Positions 1 through 13,824 of a stretch of 64,000 nucleotides of DNA are shown one piece after another (the first letter of the stretch is position 1; every line of letters starts with the position of its first letter). The translations under genes were made by a program, and so were the position numbers. Source of the stretch: Octopus sinensis (lineage: Eukaryota); contig NC_043008.1 of assembly GCF_006345805.1 (NCBI RefSeq), forward strand, positions 32,240,001-32,304,000. The letters are read 5' to 3'. The notes below the pieces were generated by a model that worked only from the letters and a program-made list of their open reading frames with translations, had not been told where the DNA came from and did not search any database.

Positions 1-41
1 TATATATATATATATTTCTTTTGTTATCTTACCGTTTTTAC

Positions 42-130
<89 letters not shown>

Positions 131-247
131 TGTAACTATATATGTATGTATGTTATTATGGTTGTCGTTTTGATAAATAAATAAGTCAACATTTTAATGT
201 CCTAAAGTTGATGAACCAACAAATGTGCTTCTCCATTTTCTTATTTG

Positions 248-297
<50 letters not shown>

Positions 298-301
<4 letters not shown>

Positions 302-469
302 TGACAGAATGAGATAAAAATCCAAGGCTGGATATAGTTTCCAGAACGTTTATAAAGAAAAGGTCTTACAGCTGTTTCCGGGATTTTTATATATCACTTT
401 GTGGTCTATCCATAGCACTTACTTAGCATTACCTCTCATACCATATGTATATATATATATATTATATAT

Positions 470-539
<70 letters not shown>

Positions 540-738
540 TATTATATATATACATATATATATATATATTATATATATATATATATAATTGACAGAATGA
601 GATAAAAAAAATCCAAGGCTGGAAATAGTTTCCAGAAGGTTTATAAAGAAAAGGTCTTACAGCTGTTTCCGGATATTTTATATATCACTTTGTGGTCTAT
701 CCATAGCACTTACTTAACATTACCTCTCATACCATATG
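298..738 (-). mobile_element. Two direct ~150-bp copies (298-447, 588-738) of a truncated Penelope-like terminal repeat, each in (TA)n
   Basis: Near-identical direct repeat; minus strand has the hammerhead 3' half GAAAC-AGCU-GUA; (TA)n on all sides. Confidence 0.6.
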
Positions 739-972
739 TATATATATATATATATATTATATATAAGAATGTTTAAGTAGTTGAATGAATTAACCTAGTA
801 TGGATAATTCGGTTAACCGATACCCGGGTAGCAAATTTACGTCAGAAAGCACGGTTAAAGCTACATGCCAAGGGCAGAAATCACGTGCTTTCGTGTGGAA
901 ATTTGTGTGTTTTTTTTACTATAGATAAATGAAAGAATGGAGTCGAACGACGATTTAACAAAATTCCTTTAT

Positions 973-1048
973 TCTCGACATGTGTTTCGAAGACTGCATT
1001 AATTCCGAAGGAATAAAGGGTGCATTATGCCGCATTCTCACCAGGAAA
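973..1048 (-). ncRNA. Minimal type I hammerhead ribozyme, degenerate core (CUGGUGA)
   Basis: Minus: UUUC-CUGGUGA-GAA...UUC-GAAAC-ACAU-GUC-GAGA, then AAUAAA; stems I-III can form; A6G probably inactivating. Confidence 0.7.
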
Positions 1049-1299
1049 GACAAGGAACTTATGTCAGCATCATGACGAACAAAAGCATTTAGATGACTGC
1101 CCACACGGAGTCCATAGTGATGCGACGCGAATGGTATTCACATATACATCGAACCGGTGACTGTGTTAAGTAATAAGACACTAAAAGAGAATGACTCGCC
1201 CCAGACACAATAATGTGTGTGTGTGTGGTGTGTGTGTGTAAATTTCTATCAATAAAGATACAAAGTGACTCAAGAACTGAGTGTTTCATGCATTTACAA

Positions 1300-1626
1300 G
1301 CGATATCAGTTCTTAATTTTTTTTTATAAATCTGATACTTATTCTATCGGTCTTTAAGCTATGATAACGTCAACAAACCCATATCGGTTGACAAGCGGTG
1401 ATAGTTGGAACAAGTACAAACACAATGACATATATATATGTATAAACAACACACACACACACACATACATTCAACTGGCTTCCACACAGTTTCTGTACAC
1501 CAGATTCACTCACAAGACATTGGTTAACTCTGGGCTATAGTACGAGCTATTTGCAGAAGTTGCTGCGGTGTGAGATTGAACCTGGAACCAAGTGGTTGGG
1601 AAGCAAACTTCCTACCACACAACCAT

Positions 1627-1628
<2 letters not shown>
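1300..1628 (-). mobile_element. tRNA-derived SINE family B (internal microsatellite)
   Basis: Head 'catggttgtgtggtaggaagtttgcttcccaaccac...ggttcaatc', central (CA)n and conserved tail; many copies in window. Confidence 0.75.
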
Positions 1629-1657
<29 letters not shown>

Positions 1658-1662
<5 letters not shown>

Positions 1663-1856
1663 AAATTTAAAGGACTGACCACTAAAAGTGGACGGTCAAC
1701 ATGCTAGATATAGGCGTCAAATCGCTATTTTCCACAAAGAATATGTTCTCAAATACAATATTTGAGAACATATTCTTTGTGGAAAATAGCGATTTGACGC
1801 CTATATCTAGCATGTTGACCGTCCACTTTTAGTGGTCAGTCCTTTAAATTTTGTAT
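1658..1856. repeat. Perfect foldback: ~98-bp arms, 3-nt loop, in (TA)n
   Basis: 1661-1755 is the exact reverse complement of 1759-1853; loop CAA. Confidence 0.95.
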
Positions 1857-1946
1857 GTAAAAATATTTTAATCTTCGGATTTTCTAAATATGCTAGGCCA
1901 CTGGTTTTAATTGATTAATATCAATTTCTACCCTTATTAAATTTTA

Positions 1947-1992
<46 letters not shown>

Positions 1993-3175
1993 ATATATAT
2001 ATATATAATATATATATATATGTATATATGGTGGTAATTCTGGTAGTGGTGGCAGTAGAGGCGATGGTGGCGGTGGTATTGACAACGTCGTCAACAACAA
2101 CAATTACAACGAACGTGTCAATGACAACGACAACAACAACAGCAACAATCACTACGAAACCGATGATGACAAAGACAAAGGAAAACAGTAATAACAACAG
2201 CAACGACCGTGATGACACCGACAACGATGACGACGATAACTGTTACAGCAACAACAACAACAACAATAGCGAAGAGAACAACAACTACAAGAACATAGGT
2301 AACGCGCGGACAATGATGACGACGGCGACAAGCACTGAAATTCCCAAACCCACACAAAAGAAAACAAACAGAAACCCGATATCCACCCGCCCTCTGAACT
2401 TTGTTTGCAAAAAAAGTCACTTTTACTGAAGGCGGGGTACAACTCAAACATGACTGTCAACTTGTAACGAATTGCTGTTATTATATAACTTGACTTCATG
2501 CGAAAGCATGCGCGCGCACGCGTTGTGTGTAATGATGTGTACTCGTATTCTTTAATACGTTCCTACACATTAGGGTGCGACGCGAATGGTATTCACTGCC
2601 ATATGTCTCGGTGCACAAATTTACATATCCCAGTAAAGTTTGTGTGTAAGGATGCACTAAGCCCCAAGCAACGCCAGTGGACTGTCAGACACGGTGTTAC
2701 GGAGTGATTTCGCCTCCTTAATAGTCATTTGAAGTTAGACACTAACTTCTGTTCCTATATTGCAAATAATTAAATAAATAAATAAATAAGTAAATAAATA
2801 TAGAAGTTTGCTGGTGAATGCTGAGACTTACCAAGATGTTTTACAGTATAATTTATTCAATATAAGCAGACGGAACATGGAGGATCAAAATAATGATGTG
2901 TGCACTATTTTTAGTCCGGTCTTGCACACTAGAAACTGAATTGCACTCACTGCAGGATTTTGGTTTGAAGAACAAAGAACACATTTCTCCCTATAGAACT
3001 TATTTCTAAAGACATGCCAAGCTCCAAACGACGTCAGCCGACTATCGCATACTGTGTTTCGTTGCTTTGTGTGGCCATTTAGATTTAAATTCAAAAGCTT
3101 CAGTACACACCAGTAAATGTATGTTTTGATGTTTTCTATAAAAGAACACAACTCCAGATGACAAAGATGATATCT

Positions 3176-3217
3176 ATCACTGATGGGGTGAAATCACGCC
3201 GAAACACAGTGTCTGGT
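3176..3217 (+). ncRNA. Degenerate minimal hammerhead ribozyme
   Basis: AUCA-CUGAUG(G)-GGUG-AAAU-CACGCC-GAAAC-ACAGU-GUC-UGGU; stem I AUCA/UGGU; A9 missing. Confidence 0.55.
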
Positions 3218-4922
3218 TAATCTGATGACGCTACATGGAGCTTGGTGTAATTTTTCACACAGTCTGCTGGGAGAAATTTCTTCCTCGAGGCAAAATCCAG
3301 TATTGAATAGCATTCACTGCAGGAGTAGTGCGCAGGGCCATGCTAAAAATAAACGTACCCGTCATTATTCTGACCCTCCGGGCATCTAAGAACTAGGCTG
3401 AGCTGTTAAACCGGGCGACAGCATAAGTCTACCTCTAAGTACTCAGAATGCAAATAGCCAGAACAGATCCTGCAAAGCCTCATACTCGAAGAACTAACAA
3501 TTCAGCAACTCTGTTATATGGACAGATACTTCAGTTAAGCAACCCTAAAAGGTTGAACGGTTCAGTTGAGTGGGAAGTGAACTCGAAGCGTTTCAACAAG
3601 CACTGTAATGAATTTTGTCCAGCGATTTAACTGGTATCTCTGATGACTTCTATATTCTCTTTGCTTTTTTTAAAAAATGATATACAAATAACTAAGCTTA
3701 ATGAAGTAGTTTTCTGCATTTGATGAAGGGCCCTATCTAAACCATCATATCTTACGGTTCTGCCAATTCGCAGCGTAGTTGGTAGTTACTAAACTTAAAT
3801 ACTAATTTAAGTTGAAATATTATATAGTATACGACACGTTTAACAATTCGTCGCAGTCAAAAGAAAAAACCCCAAAACACAAAAAAAAAAACAGGTGTAA
3901 GTCAACAGGTTTAAAAAATTCTCTCTAGTACTTTAGCATCAAGGTTGTGGGGAAAATATAAGTAGAAATGACAGCTCAACAGATAGATATCACGACAGTT
4001 TACAAAGTATTGAAGATAGTAGTTACGTTGATGAATAAATCATAAATGGTGACGAAATAGAATTGTTCTGATAACGAACGCCTACTAAAATTTATTTAAT
4101 GAAAAAAGAAAATTTACAAGAAGTTACTGATGTTGTAGAGAAAATAGTAGTTATGTTGATGAATAAATTATCATTGCTAACGAAACAGAATGTTCTCGAA
4201 AATGAATGCCAGCTAAAATATTATTAAATGATTAAAGAAAAATTGGAACTTGAAGTAACATAGTTTGTACTAGAGATCATTTAACTTGTTTAAACAGGAA
4301 AGCTTCTAGAGTAGACGACGGTAATGTCAGGGAATCGTGCTTGAGTCGCATGATGAAAACATTTTAAAGTTAGAGCTGCAACTGCGCATTGCGAGGATGA
4401 TTGCCAAGAAATAACAGCTAAAGCTGAGATACAAATGAAAGAATTCTCAAAGAACCTTTGAATATGAAAAGCATACGAAAATGGATGGAGATTGCGGTGA
4501 GAGCAATGCAAGCAATGCACAGCGCTGCTTTAAGATCGTTCACCAAACACAAGAAAGGAAAATCGAAATAACATTTTTACAATATTTAAAATATGACACT
4601 AAAAATATTTGATTATTATTTTTTTTTTCGTCTGCAAACTTCAAACTGCGTTCAGTTCGTTTCCTTCTTTTTTATATATATTGATCTTTGAACTGTTTTT
4701 CCGTAATGTATTTTCATTTTACATGTATTTATGTACTTGAGTACTGCGATAATCTTATGATACACATTGCCCACAGTAATTGAAATATTCTCCTACATGT
4801 GTGCACTAGTGAGAGGGAGACAGAGACAGAGACAAAGAGGGAGAGAGAGAATGGGAGGATATATATATAGATAGATATATATATAATCGGTGTGCATTCA
4901 AAGCAATGAATAGTTGTATTCA

Positions 4923-4958
4923 AAGCAATGATTAGTAACTTACGAAACGGGTATGCTT
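4923..4958 (+). ncRNA. Minimal hammerhead ribozyme, A3-U8 core variant
   Basis: AAGCA-AUGAUUA-GUA(ACU)UAC-GAAAC-GG-GUA-UGCUU; 5-bp stem I; inside a ~275-bp insert (4885-5160) bounded by (TA)n. Confidence 0.7.
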
Positions 4959-5157
4959 GAATCTCTTTAACAATTCAAAATAATGACTTTTATTACTTTT
5001 ATTCCTACCTCAGTTCATCTGATTGTATATATCTATCATTACTTTTCATAAAAAGCCTTTACTTTTTTTGATTTACAATGTGCATTTTCGTTTATTTTTC
5101 TTACTTTCCCCTTACATTACCACATGTAATTTCTATTTTCTTTTTGTAACATATTTC

Positions 5158-5202
<45 letters not shown>

Positions 5203-5210
5203 CATACATA

Positions 5211-6497
5211 CAGGGTGGAGCAGAGAGGACGGACGTTTTTGAAAAATTTCACAAAGTCATTAATTTTAGGTGGAAACAAATTTTATTGACATCAATGTGT
5301 TCGTATTGAATTAGCATTTGTCAAAATTAAGTGTAGAAAACAACATCCATCATGTGGTGTCCGTTTTCATTGATGCATTTCTGAAGGCGTTCTTGGAAGC
5401 TGGTATCCATTTTCTCCAGCATTGCTCTGTCGATTTTGGAGACTTCCACGCAAATAGCTTCCTTCAAATCGTCCAATGTACGGGGCTTATGTGCATACAG
5501 ACGTGCTTTGAGGTTTTTCCATAAGAAATAATCACACATGGACAAATCAGGTGGCCGTGGGTGGGGTGAAAATATTGTCAGCAAACCTGGGAATGAGGTG
5601 GTCACCGAAAAGAGGGCGAAGAAGTCCATTGATGCTCTGGTTGTGTGGTCCTTCATCCCACCCTGCTAAAACCACACACACGTCGAATAGGCATACGTTT
5701 TCGTCGTAATTCAAGCAGAAACAAATTGTTTATCATCTCGATGTAACGCTCGGAGTTCACAGTAACAGCATTTCCATTATTGTCTTCAAAAAAGTAAGGA
5801 CCAACGACGGCAGCTTCCCAACAGCACACCAGACCGTCACTTTTGGGCTGTCCGTGCAGTTCTCTCGAATGTTCAAGAGCTTAATAACGACAGTTATGTT
5901 GATTCACCATGCATTGAGATGAAAATGAGCTTCACCATTCGTTAACAAAATCAGGTCGTCATTTGCCTCAAAAATTGCTTCCATCTGACGTGCAAAGTTA
6001 AGCCTCTGTGCATAGTCCCATGGTTTCAACTGTTATCCAATTTGTATGGGTGGAAATGCCTCATGTGTCCCACCAATCGATTACCGATAACAGATTCAGT
6101 GAAATGCCTCCGAGCAGAGCGATTCGGATTCCATACCAAAGCCTGTCTGACGCATTCCATATTTTCCAGGGTCTATACCGTTCGTGGCGCCCCCACCAGT
6201 TATCCTATTCATTAGTGCGTCTCGCGTACGATGTACATTAACCCAAAGTAAGATTGTGTTACTGGTGGGAATAGCCTGATTTCAGTGAATGTTGAAGTGG
6301 TGCCGAAACTCACACTGAACTGCTGTGACAGACTCGTTATTCTTCACGTAACTGTCCACAGCGCCATGACTTAATCTGAAAACAAAAAACAAAAGCTAAG
6401 ACACCACGGACCGAATGGTACCTGCCAAACATATGTCTCTCGCCCGGGACTGAGTAATAGCCATTTCAAAAACGTCCGTCCTCTCTGCCCCACTCTG
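5211..6497 (-). mobile_element. Tc1/mariner transposon, rosa(DD41D)-like, decayed transposase
   Basis: TIRs cagggtggagcagagaggacggacgtttttgaa / ttcaaaaacgtccgtcctctctgccccactctg; TA flanks; frame 5327-5656 PRPPDLSMCDYFLW...CINENGHH. Confidence 0.92.
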
Positions 6498-7083
6498 TAT
6501 ATATATTTATACACACATAAATACATGCATATACATATAAATTCACACACATATATTAGCGACAGATACATGCATGCATGTATGAATGTATGCTTGCATG
6601 TATGTATGTATGCATGTATGTATGTATGTATGTATGTATGTATGTATGTATGTATGTATGTATGTATGTATGTATGTATGTATGTATGTATGTATGTATT
6701 ATGTATGTATGTATGTATGTTTGTATGTATATGTAGTGACCTTAGACTTGATCCGTCCGTCCTTTTGGTTGATATGGTTTTTATCTTGTTGGTTTTACTA
6801 GCGGCCCTCATTACAAGGCCATCCCCAGAGAGACACCAGTTTAGTCGGTGACGATCTGATCATGCAATAAGTTGTTTTGGGTTACATGTGACTAGTAATG
6901 CACTCGAGCAGACCAACACATCGTGCATATATGTGCATATATGTTTGCGAGAATGTGTGTATTGCTTATGTATGTACCAATGTATGTATATGTACACACA
7001 CACACATACACAAACATACAAATACATATGTGTATATATGTGTGTGTATATATATATATATATACACACACATATATATATAT

Positions 7084-7125
<42 letters not shown>

Positions 7126-7173
7126 TATATATATACATACATACATATACATACATACATACATATACATACA

Positions 7174-7204
<31 letters not shown>

Positions 7205-7918
7205 GCATACATGCATACAGACAGACAGACAGACAGATTGACTGATTGATAGTGAGAGTAAGGGAGAGAGAAAGAAAGGAAGAAAGAGATAGAAAGAGAG
7301 AGAGAGAGTGTGTGAGAGAGAGAGAGAGAGATGCTAGACAATCTCAAATGAACACACATAGCATTGTTTATTCATTGAGATCAGTTGTCGTAAAAGAGTT
7401 AAGGATTGAAAGTTAGTGCTATATTGATCGTGATGACGTTTTTTTTGTTACGGAAGATCGACGTACGTTCATCTTGTTTTTAAATTTCTTTTTCAGTATT
7501 TGCTCAGAAAGTTGATATTGGTTATTGTTGTTGATGCTGCTGTTGTTGAGTATCAAGTCGGTTCGACTTGGGTCGAGCTGACCTACAATTACAGAAACTA
7601 CAAACAGACCTTTCCGTTTATTTATTATATATATATATATTTTTTTTTTGTTCAGTCCTAATGCACTTTAGATGACTTAAACAATGTGTCTGGTGGAATT
7701 TGAGCTCAGGACATAAAGACATGCTTAGCGGTATTTCGTTCGGGGTGCTAATATCAACAAAATTCTATCGAGAGTGAGCGAATGAGTGAATGAGTGTCAG
7801 GGAAGAGAGAGAAGGATGAGAGGAGTAAGAGAGAGAGAGAGATTGCTGCCCTACCAAATAAATTTTATGAAAAAGGGATCAATGCAGCGATATGGTGGTT
7901 GTGAACGGCCCTCATACT

Positions 7919-8345
7919 GGCGGCGAGCGGGCAGAAACGTTAACACGCCGGGCGAAATGCTTAAAGGTATTTCGTCTGCCGTTACGTTCTGAGTTCAAAT
8001 TCCGCCGAGGTCGACTTTGTCTTACGTCCTTTCGGGGTCGATAAATTAAGTACCAGTTACGCACTGGGGTCGATGTAATCGGCTTAATCCGTTTGTCTGT
8101 CCTTGTTTGTCCCCTCTGTGTTTAGCCCCTTGTGGGTAGTAAAGAAATAGGTATTTCGCCTGTCGCTATGTTGAGTTCAAATTCCGCCGAAGTTGACTTT
8201 GTCTTTCATCCTTTCCGGTGGGGAGGGGTATAAATTAAGTACCAGTGAAACAATGGGGTCTAGGTAATCGACTAGTCCTCTCCCCCCAAATTTAAGACCT
8301 TGTTTCTATAGAAGAAAGGATTATTATTATTATCATTATTATTAA
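7919..8345 (+). mobile_element. tRNA-derived SINE family A (Meta-domain-like core), dimeric
   Basis: Head ggcggcgagcgggcagaaacgttaacacgccgg, B-box-like gagttcaaattcc, core gtcgactttg...cctttcggggtcgataaattaagtaccag repeated twice, (TTA)n tail. Confidence 0.8.
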
Positions 8346-9039
8346 GGCCCGTATATGCACAAATGAGGGCCATGCACAACAACCATATTCGTTGCATTCA
8401 TCCTCTTTTCATAGAATTTATTGAGTAGGGAAGCAATCTCTCTCTCTCTCTCACTCCTCTCATCCTTCTCCCTCTTCCCTGAATTTCCTCACTCGCTCAC
8501 TCTCTCATTACTCTCATCTTCCTCGCTCTCTCTGTTCTCACCTTATTCTATTATTTTCCCCACAAGTCATGTAATAATCCTTTTTACTATAGGTACAAGG
8601 CTTGATATTTTGGAAGTGGGAAGACGTTAACATCGACACCAGTGCTCCGGAAAGGATGAAAAGCAAAGTTGACACCGGCGGGACTTGAACTCAGAACGTA
8701 AAGCCGGAATAAATGCCGTTAAGTATTTTGCTCGAGGTGTTAAATGATTCTGCTAATGCACCACCTTCCCAAACCCGTAATAATGACAGGTAGCGTATAG
8801 ACCCTTATCCTTGGTGGTATTTAAACTAAAAACTCAAGTAAACGTAAGTAAATAAGGCAAAGGCATTATGCATTCCCGTACTTAGCCTATTCCTCAACTC
8901 CTTCGACCAAGAGAATCTGTTTAAAGTTTCACATTAAGGTTTAGCTGCAGTTTAATTATTTCAAACTTAGATTCCTAATGCAAGTGGTGTGTTATGAATA
9001 AATATATTATTCACACACACACACACATATATATATATA

Positions 9040-10278
9040 CAGAGTGCGGACGGTATTTGAGGTCACGTGTTTTTAGTCATTATTTTATTTGACTAATTTT
9101 TATTGAACTTCTGTTTCAGAAAATAACAATGACGGGCTCTGTGCTTACTAATGAAATGAAAAGTCATGCTGTGATTGTGGCTTTGAAGTTTAAGCATGGT
9201 GATTTAGAAATTTCTCGTTCTCTGAAATTGGCAAGATCACAAGATTCAGTTTGAGTTAGAGAAAGAAAATGGAAGCACGTGTATCAAAACGTAAGAAACA
9301 TTCCAAACGCTCTTATTCTATCAGGACACCTGAATTTATTCAGGAAGTTAAGTAAAACATTGAAAACAATCCAAGAAAATCAATGAGGCCAATTGCAAAA
9401 GAATTCGTGTGTCTGAAAAAACAACCAGAAATGTTGTGCATGGAGACATCGGAAACAAATCTTACATGACGAGGAGAGGTCAATTCATGTTAGATAAAAA
9501 AAAAAACCCGTTTAATTAGATCCAAAAGACTTTTGAACAGACTTACAAATCCACCAGAAGATGGTTCATTTAGGTTTCTCAGATGAGAAAAATCTTGACC
9601 AGGACCAGAAAACTAACAGAAGAAATGACAGATAGTTATGTGCAGACCCTTCTGAAGTTCCAAGAGTAGCGCACACAAAATTTCCTGCAAGTGTCATAGT
9701 TTTGGGTGTTGTTGGCAATGAAGGACATGTGATGCCTCCTTGTTTTTTTCCACAAGGCCTTATGGTGAATGCTGCCGCGTATATTGAGGTTCTGGATAAA
9801 GTTGGTAAGCCTTGGATCAACAGTGTATGTAATGGAAAGCCTTACGTCTTTTAACAAGATTCTGCACCATCACACAATGCTCAAATGATACAAGAATTGA
9901 TGGCCGGTAATTTGCATGATCACATCACCCCCAGCATTTGACCTCCTAATTCTCTAGATCCCAATCCATTAGCCTACTATGTATGGAGCATCGTTGAGCA
10001 AATTGTCAATCAACACCCCCATTGTACCAAAGATTCTTTGAAAGCCGCCATAGTTCGAGTCATGTCCGATATGAATAAGAACCACTTAATCCGAGCTTGT
10101 AAACGATGTCGACTTTGCGAAGAGTCAGTTATTGATGCTTATGATGGTTTTATTGAATGGAATTATTAAACTGATAATTTGACTTTATGTTATTTTTATA
10201 AAAATTAAGCTTTTTTCTGTAATCATATAAGCATTTTTTAAAACCATAAATCTGTCCTCAAACACCGTCCGTACACTG
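9040..10278 (+). mobile_element. Tc1/mariner transposon, maT(DD37D)-like, decayed
   Basis: TIRs cagagtgcggacggtatttgagg / cctcaaacaccgtccgtacactg; TA flanks; motifs FSDEK, F*QDSAPSH, PPNSLDPNPLAYYVW. Confidence 0.9.
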
Positions 10279-10286
10279 TATATATA

Positions 10287-10359
<73 letters not shown>

Positions 10360-10467
10360 ACATGTGTGTATAGATATATGTATATATATGTATGTAAATA
10401 AACATACATATATATTACATACACACAAACATACACTCATATACATATAGGAGAGAGAAGGAGAGCT

Positions 10468-10510
<43 letters not shown>

Positions 10511-11189
10511 GAGAGAGATATTCTTATGTGCTCGAATTTTTCAGTTCTTTCTTTGTCATATGACTGGGAAGTGTTGACAAAAGTTCAACACAAAAGGGCC
10601 CCAGGAAAGACTCTACTGCGTAATAACGTGTCATATTTCCTTCACAAACCATCATCAGGTTGTTTTCGTTTTCAAAAGGAAAAGTAAAACAACACAAAAT
10701 AAAGCAAAAGCAGATGAAAACGAATAAAACAAAACAAAACGAAACTAGGTGCACTAGAAAAATAAACCAAAAAATGCCTGTCCACTCCTTTAGACTTGAG
10801 ACACTCAACTGGTATTGCAGAGGTGTTGCCAGCAAGAAAAAGAAACAAAGGAAGGTAGTATTAATAATTATTTCTTACAAGAGAAGACCCTAAATACTGT
10901 AAAGCCACTGGTACCCAACCTTATTTGCATTATGAACCAGTTTCATACAAGATAACTTTTCTGCGGACCGTGGTATCACGCGCATAACAAAACACAGTAA
11001 ACAACATAACGTGATATGATTATTACATATAAAATACATATATATAACACACATAATACATATGATGGAAAAAAAAAGACCCTGCAGGCTGCAATGGTCA
11101 ATGAAATAAAAATAAGATTTAAAATATTTTATTTCTCTTTTATTGTCCATTGCAGTCTGGAGAGTGTTTTTTCATTTTTGCACCCTAGA

Positions 11190-11440
11190 TCATCCTACTC
11201 TCATTCGATGCAACAGCCGCGGGCTGGAGCAAGCCTCGTGGCCGGCCCCGCACGAGATAGCTGAATGTGATTGTGGAAGCTCTTCAGACGCTCGACGTTA
11301 CCTTGGAAGATGCGGAGGGGCTGGCACGAGACTGCCAGCAATGAAGGACACTGGTGGACCTGGTCGGCTCTGCGCATGATAACCACTAACCTGAGATGAC
11401 CCCCAACCACACTAAACAAGAGCATGAAGCAAGTAAAGCA
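11190..11440 (+). mobile_element. RTE-clade LINE 3' end
   Basis: Frame GWSKPRGRP(R)TR*L; caag-rich tail; homologous to 60620-60880. Confidence 0.7.
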
Positions 11441-11673
11441 AACATTCTTTCCGAGAGGCTCGAAACCAAATGAACCACTGCTGGTCGTGAGGGACCCCTG
11501 TCATAAGTTATTTGACCCGAGGCTGTATGAATTCCGTCATTCACTGCTTTCAAAACCATATAATAGTCAGTGCCTGATACCTACTATAGGCCAAAAGTTA
11601 CACATTAGACTGTAGTGAAGAAAGGGGAAAACAGTTAAACCCTAACGATTCTGTCTTCGAAGGCGTTATAATC

Positions 11674-11708
<35 letters not shown>

Positions 11709-11734
11709 GAGCAGCAGCAGCAAAAATAATTATT

Positions 11735-11941
11735 TTTTCACGATAGGCACAAGGCCTGGAATTTTGGGGGAAGGAACTAATCGATTACATCGACCCCAGT
11801 GCCCAACTGGTACTTATTTTATTGACTTTGAAAGGGTGAAAGGGAAAGCTAACCCCGCCGGAATTTGAACAGAATGTAAAGCCGGAAAAATGTCGTTAAG
11901 TATTTTGTCTGGAGTGCTAAGTATTCTGTCAGATCGCTGCC

Positions 11942-12009
<68 letters not shown>

Positions 12010-12415
12010 CTCTTTTACTATAAGCGCAAAGCCTGGATTCTGTGTGTGTGTGTGGGGGGGAGAAAGTCGATCACATCGACTCCAGTACGCAACTGGTACT
12101 TAATTCATCGATGAATTAAGTATGAAAGGCAAAGACGACCTCAGCGGAATTTGAATTCGGAACGTAGCGACGGGCGAAATACCTATTTTTTTACTGTCCA
12201 CAAGGGGCTACACACAGAGGGGACAAACAAGGACAGACAAACGGATTAAGTCGATTATATCGACCCCAGTGCGTAACTGGTACTTGATTTATCGGCCCCG
12301 AAGGGATGAAAGGCAAAGTCAACCTCGGCGGAATTTGAACTCACAACGTAACGGCAGACGAAAACCGCTAATCATTTCGTCCAGCGTGCTAACGATTCTG
12401 CTAGCTTGCCGTCAA
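11735..12415 (-). mobile_element. Cluster of SINE family A copies with (AAT)n/(AAC)n tracts
   Basis: Reverse complement of the 7919-8345 unit. Confidence 0.8.
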
Positions 12416-12949
12416 AACAACAACAGCAGCAGCAGCAACAACAACAAAAACAACAACAACAACAAGAAAAAAATCAAAAATAAAAGAAGCATGAAAGGAA
12501 AAATTGTACGGTCAGTTTGCAAGAGATGTGAACGCCAAGACAGATACAGAGGGCTGTGTCATTGTGTCTGTGTTTGTCTCCTATCAGCGTTAGAAACCGG
12601 TGTTGGTGTGTTTATGTCCTCATAAATTATCGGTTCGGCAAAAGAGACCGATTGAATAAGTATCATTCAATTAAAAAGTCTTTAAAGTGGTTTCCCCAAC
12701 ATGGCCGCAGTCTAATGCCGGAAACGAGTATATAAAAAAGCACAAAAGATATAAAAACAAATATATAAAAAAGTAAAAAAGATATATATATAAAAAATAA
12801 CAAAAAAAAAAAGAAAAACAAATTAACTCGAACGACACACAGTACTGTGGAATAATAAAGTTCTTGTTCATTATCACAAAACTATTTTTATGAATAATTT
12901 AGTAATTTTATTCTGAAAAGCGATTTTAATAAAGTCTTTGCCGTACCCA

Positions 12950-13450
12950 CTGAAATGTTATCACTGTTTGTCGCACCCAGAGAAATGCCACCTTTCACCC
13001 CTTAAGTATACCAAACCGGAAACTCCTGCTGTAAGTGGTAATAATTTCACTCATGTTTGATCTAAGATCACATACGTTTATTTCTACAATTTTACACCCT
13101 TGTCATGCAGCCAGTGGCTGTATACATGATGTTTTCCAGTTTGGATGTTTAATAAAATCTGAGTGATTGTCGAGGATGCTTGTACACCCTGTGTAGTATA
13201 GAGATGTCTGTTGGTGCAATATAGCCCTGTTCATCTCTGATTCATCCACTATTGTTATGTAACAACATGGTATGCTCAATTGTGAACCATGTTACGTTCA
13301 TCATGGATTGATCTGTTGGTCGGCGATCAGTCAGCGATTCTGCTTGTACCGCAAAAACGGTGCCCAAGTGACAACCCATAATGCTCAGTTATCCAGAATA
13401 TACTGACTATCGCTTGTATTTACATGATCTTGCGGCTAGACTGCATATTT
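12950..13450 (-). pseudogene. Possible highly decayed mariner transposase fragment
   Basis: Minus frames resemble 'KIM..VSIFW' and 'APTD'; no TIRs seen. Confidence 0.3.
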
Positions 13451-13824
13451 TTTATATGCATTTACGAATTCGAATCATCTACAAGTGGACAAAAAAATAC
13501 GACGCAGACGAGTCTATTTTTTTCAAATAAAAGGTAGAGATGATCAATAAGAAAATTGAAGCAAAGCTGCGTAATAGTGGTATCAGATGTGACATGCAAA
13601 CCATCATATAACTTGTTTTATTTCTCTCTTCTGTTATATTTTGGCTTTGCGTTTTTATTCTTCGCTTCCGTTTTACGAACTCAGCGTGCGCATGTGCAAT
13701 GCATGTGCATTCTTTTTCCGGTTCCTACTCAAAACTGTTTATAGATCTCAACCATTCACGAACATGTGTTCACGAGAAGCGCTTCGCATTCCGATGGTTT
13801 ATTGTTGTTTGTTCCTTCTCGAGC

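Noticed and set aside
2028-2429. 133-aa Thr/Asn/Asp-rich ORF
   Set aside because: Degenerate (ACA/ACG)n tract with no domain or splice support
6371-7359. Long ORFs such as [12 protein letters not shown] repeats, here and throughout
   Set aside because: Translations of stop-free microsatellites
7919-8000. tRNA-like A/B boxes
   Set aside because: SINE heads; no complete cloverleaf, so no tRNA gene called
10538-10660. UGAUGA...CUGA on the minus strand (box C/D snoRNA)
   Set aside because: No terminal stem or recognisable guide
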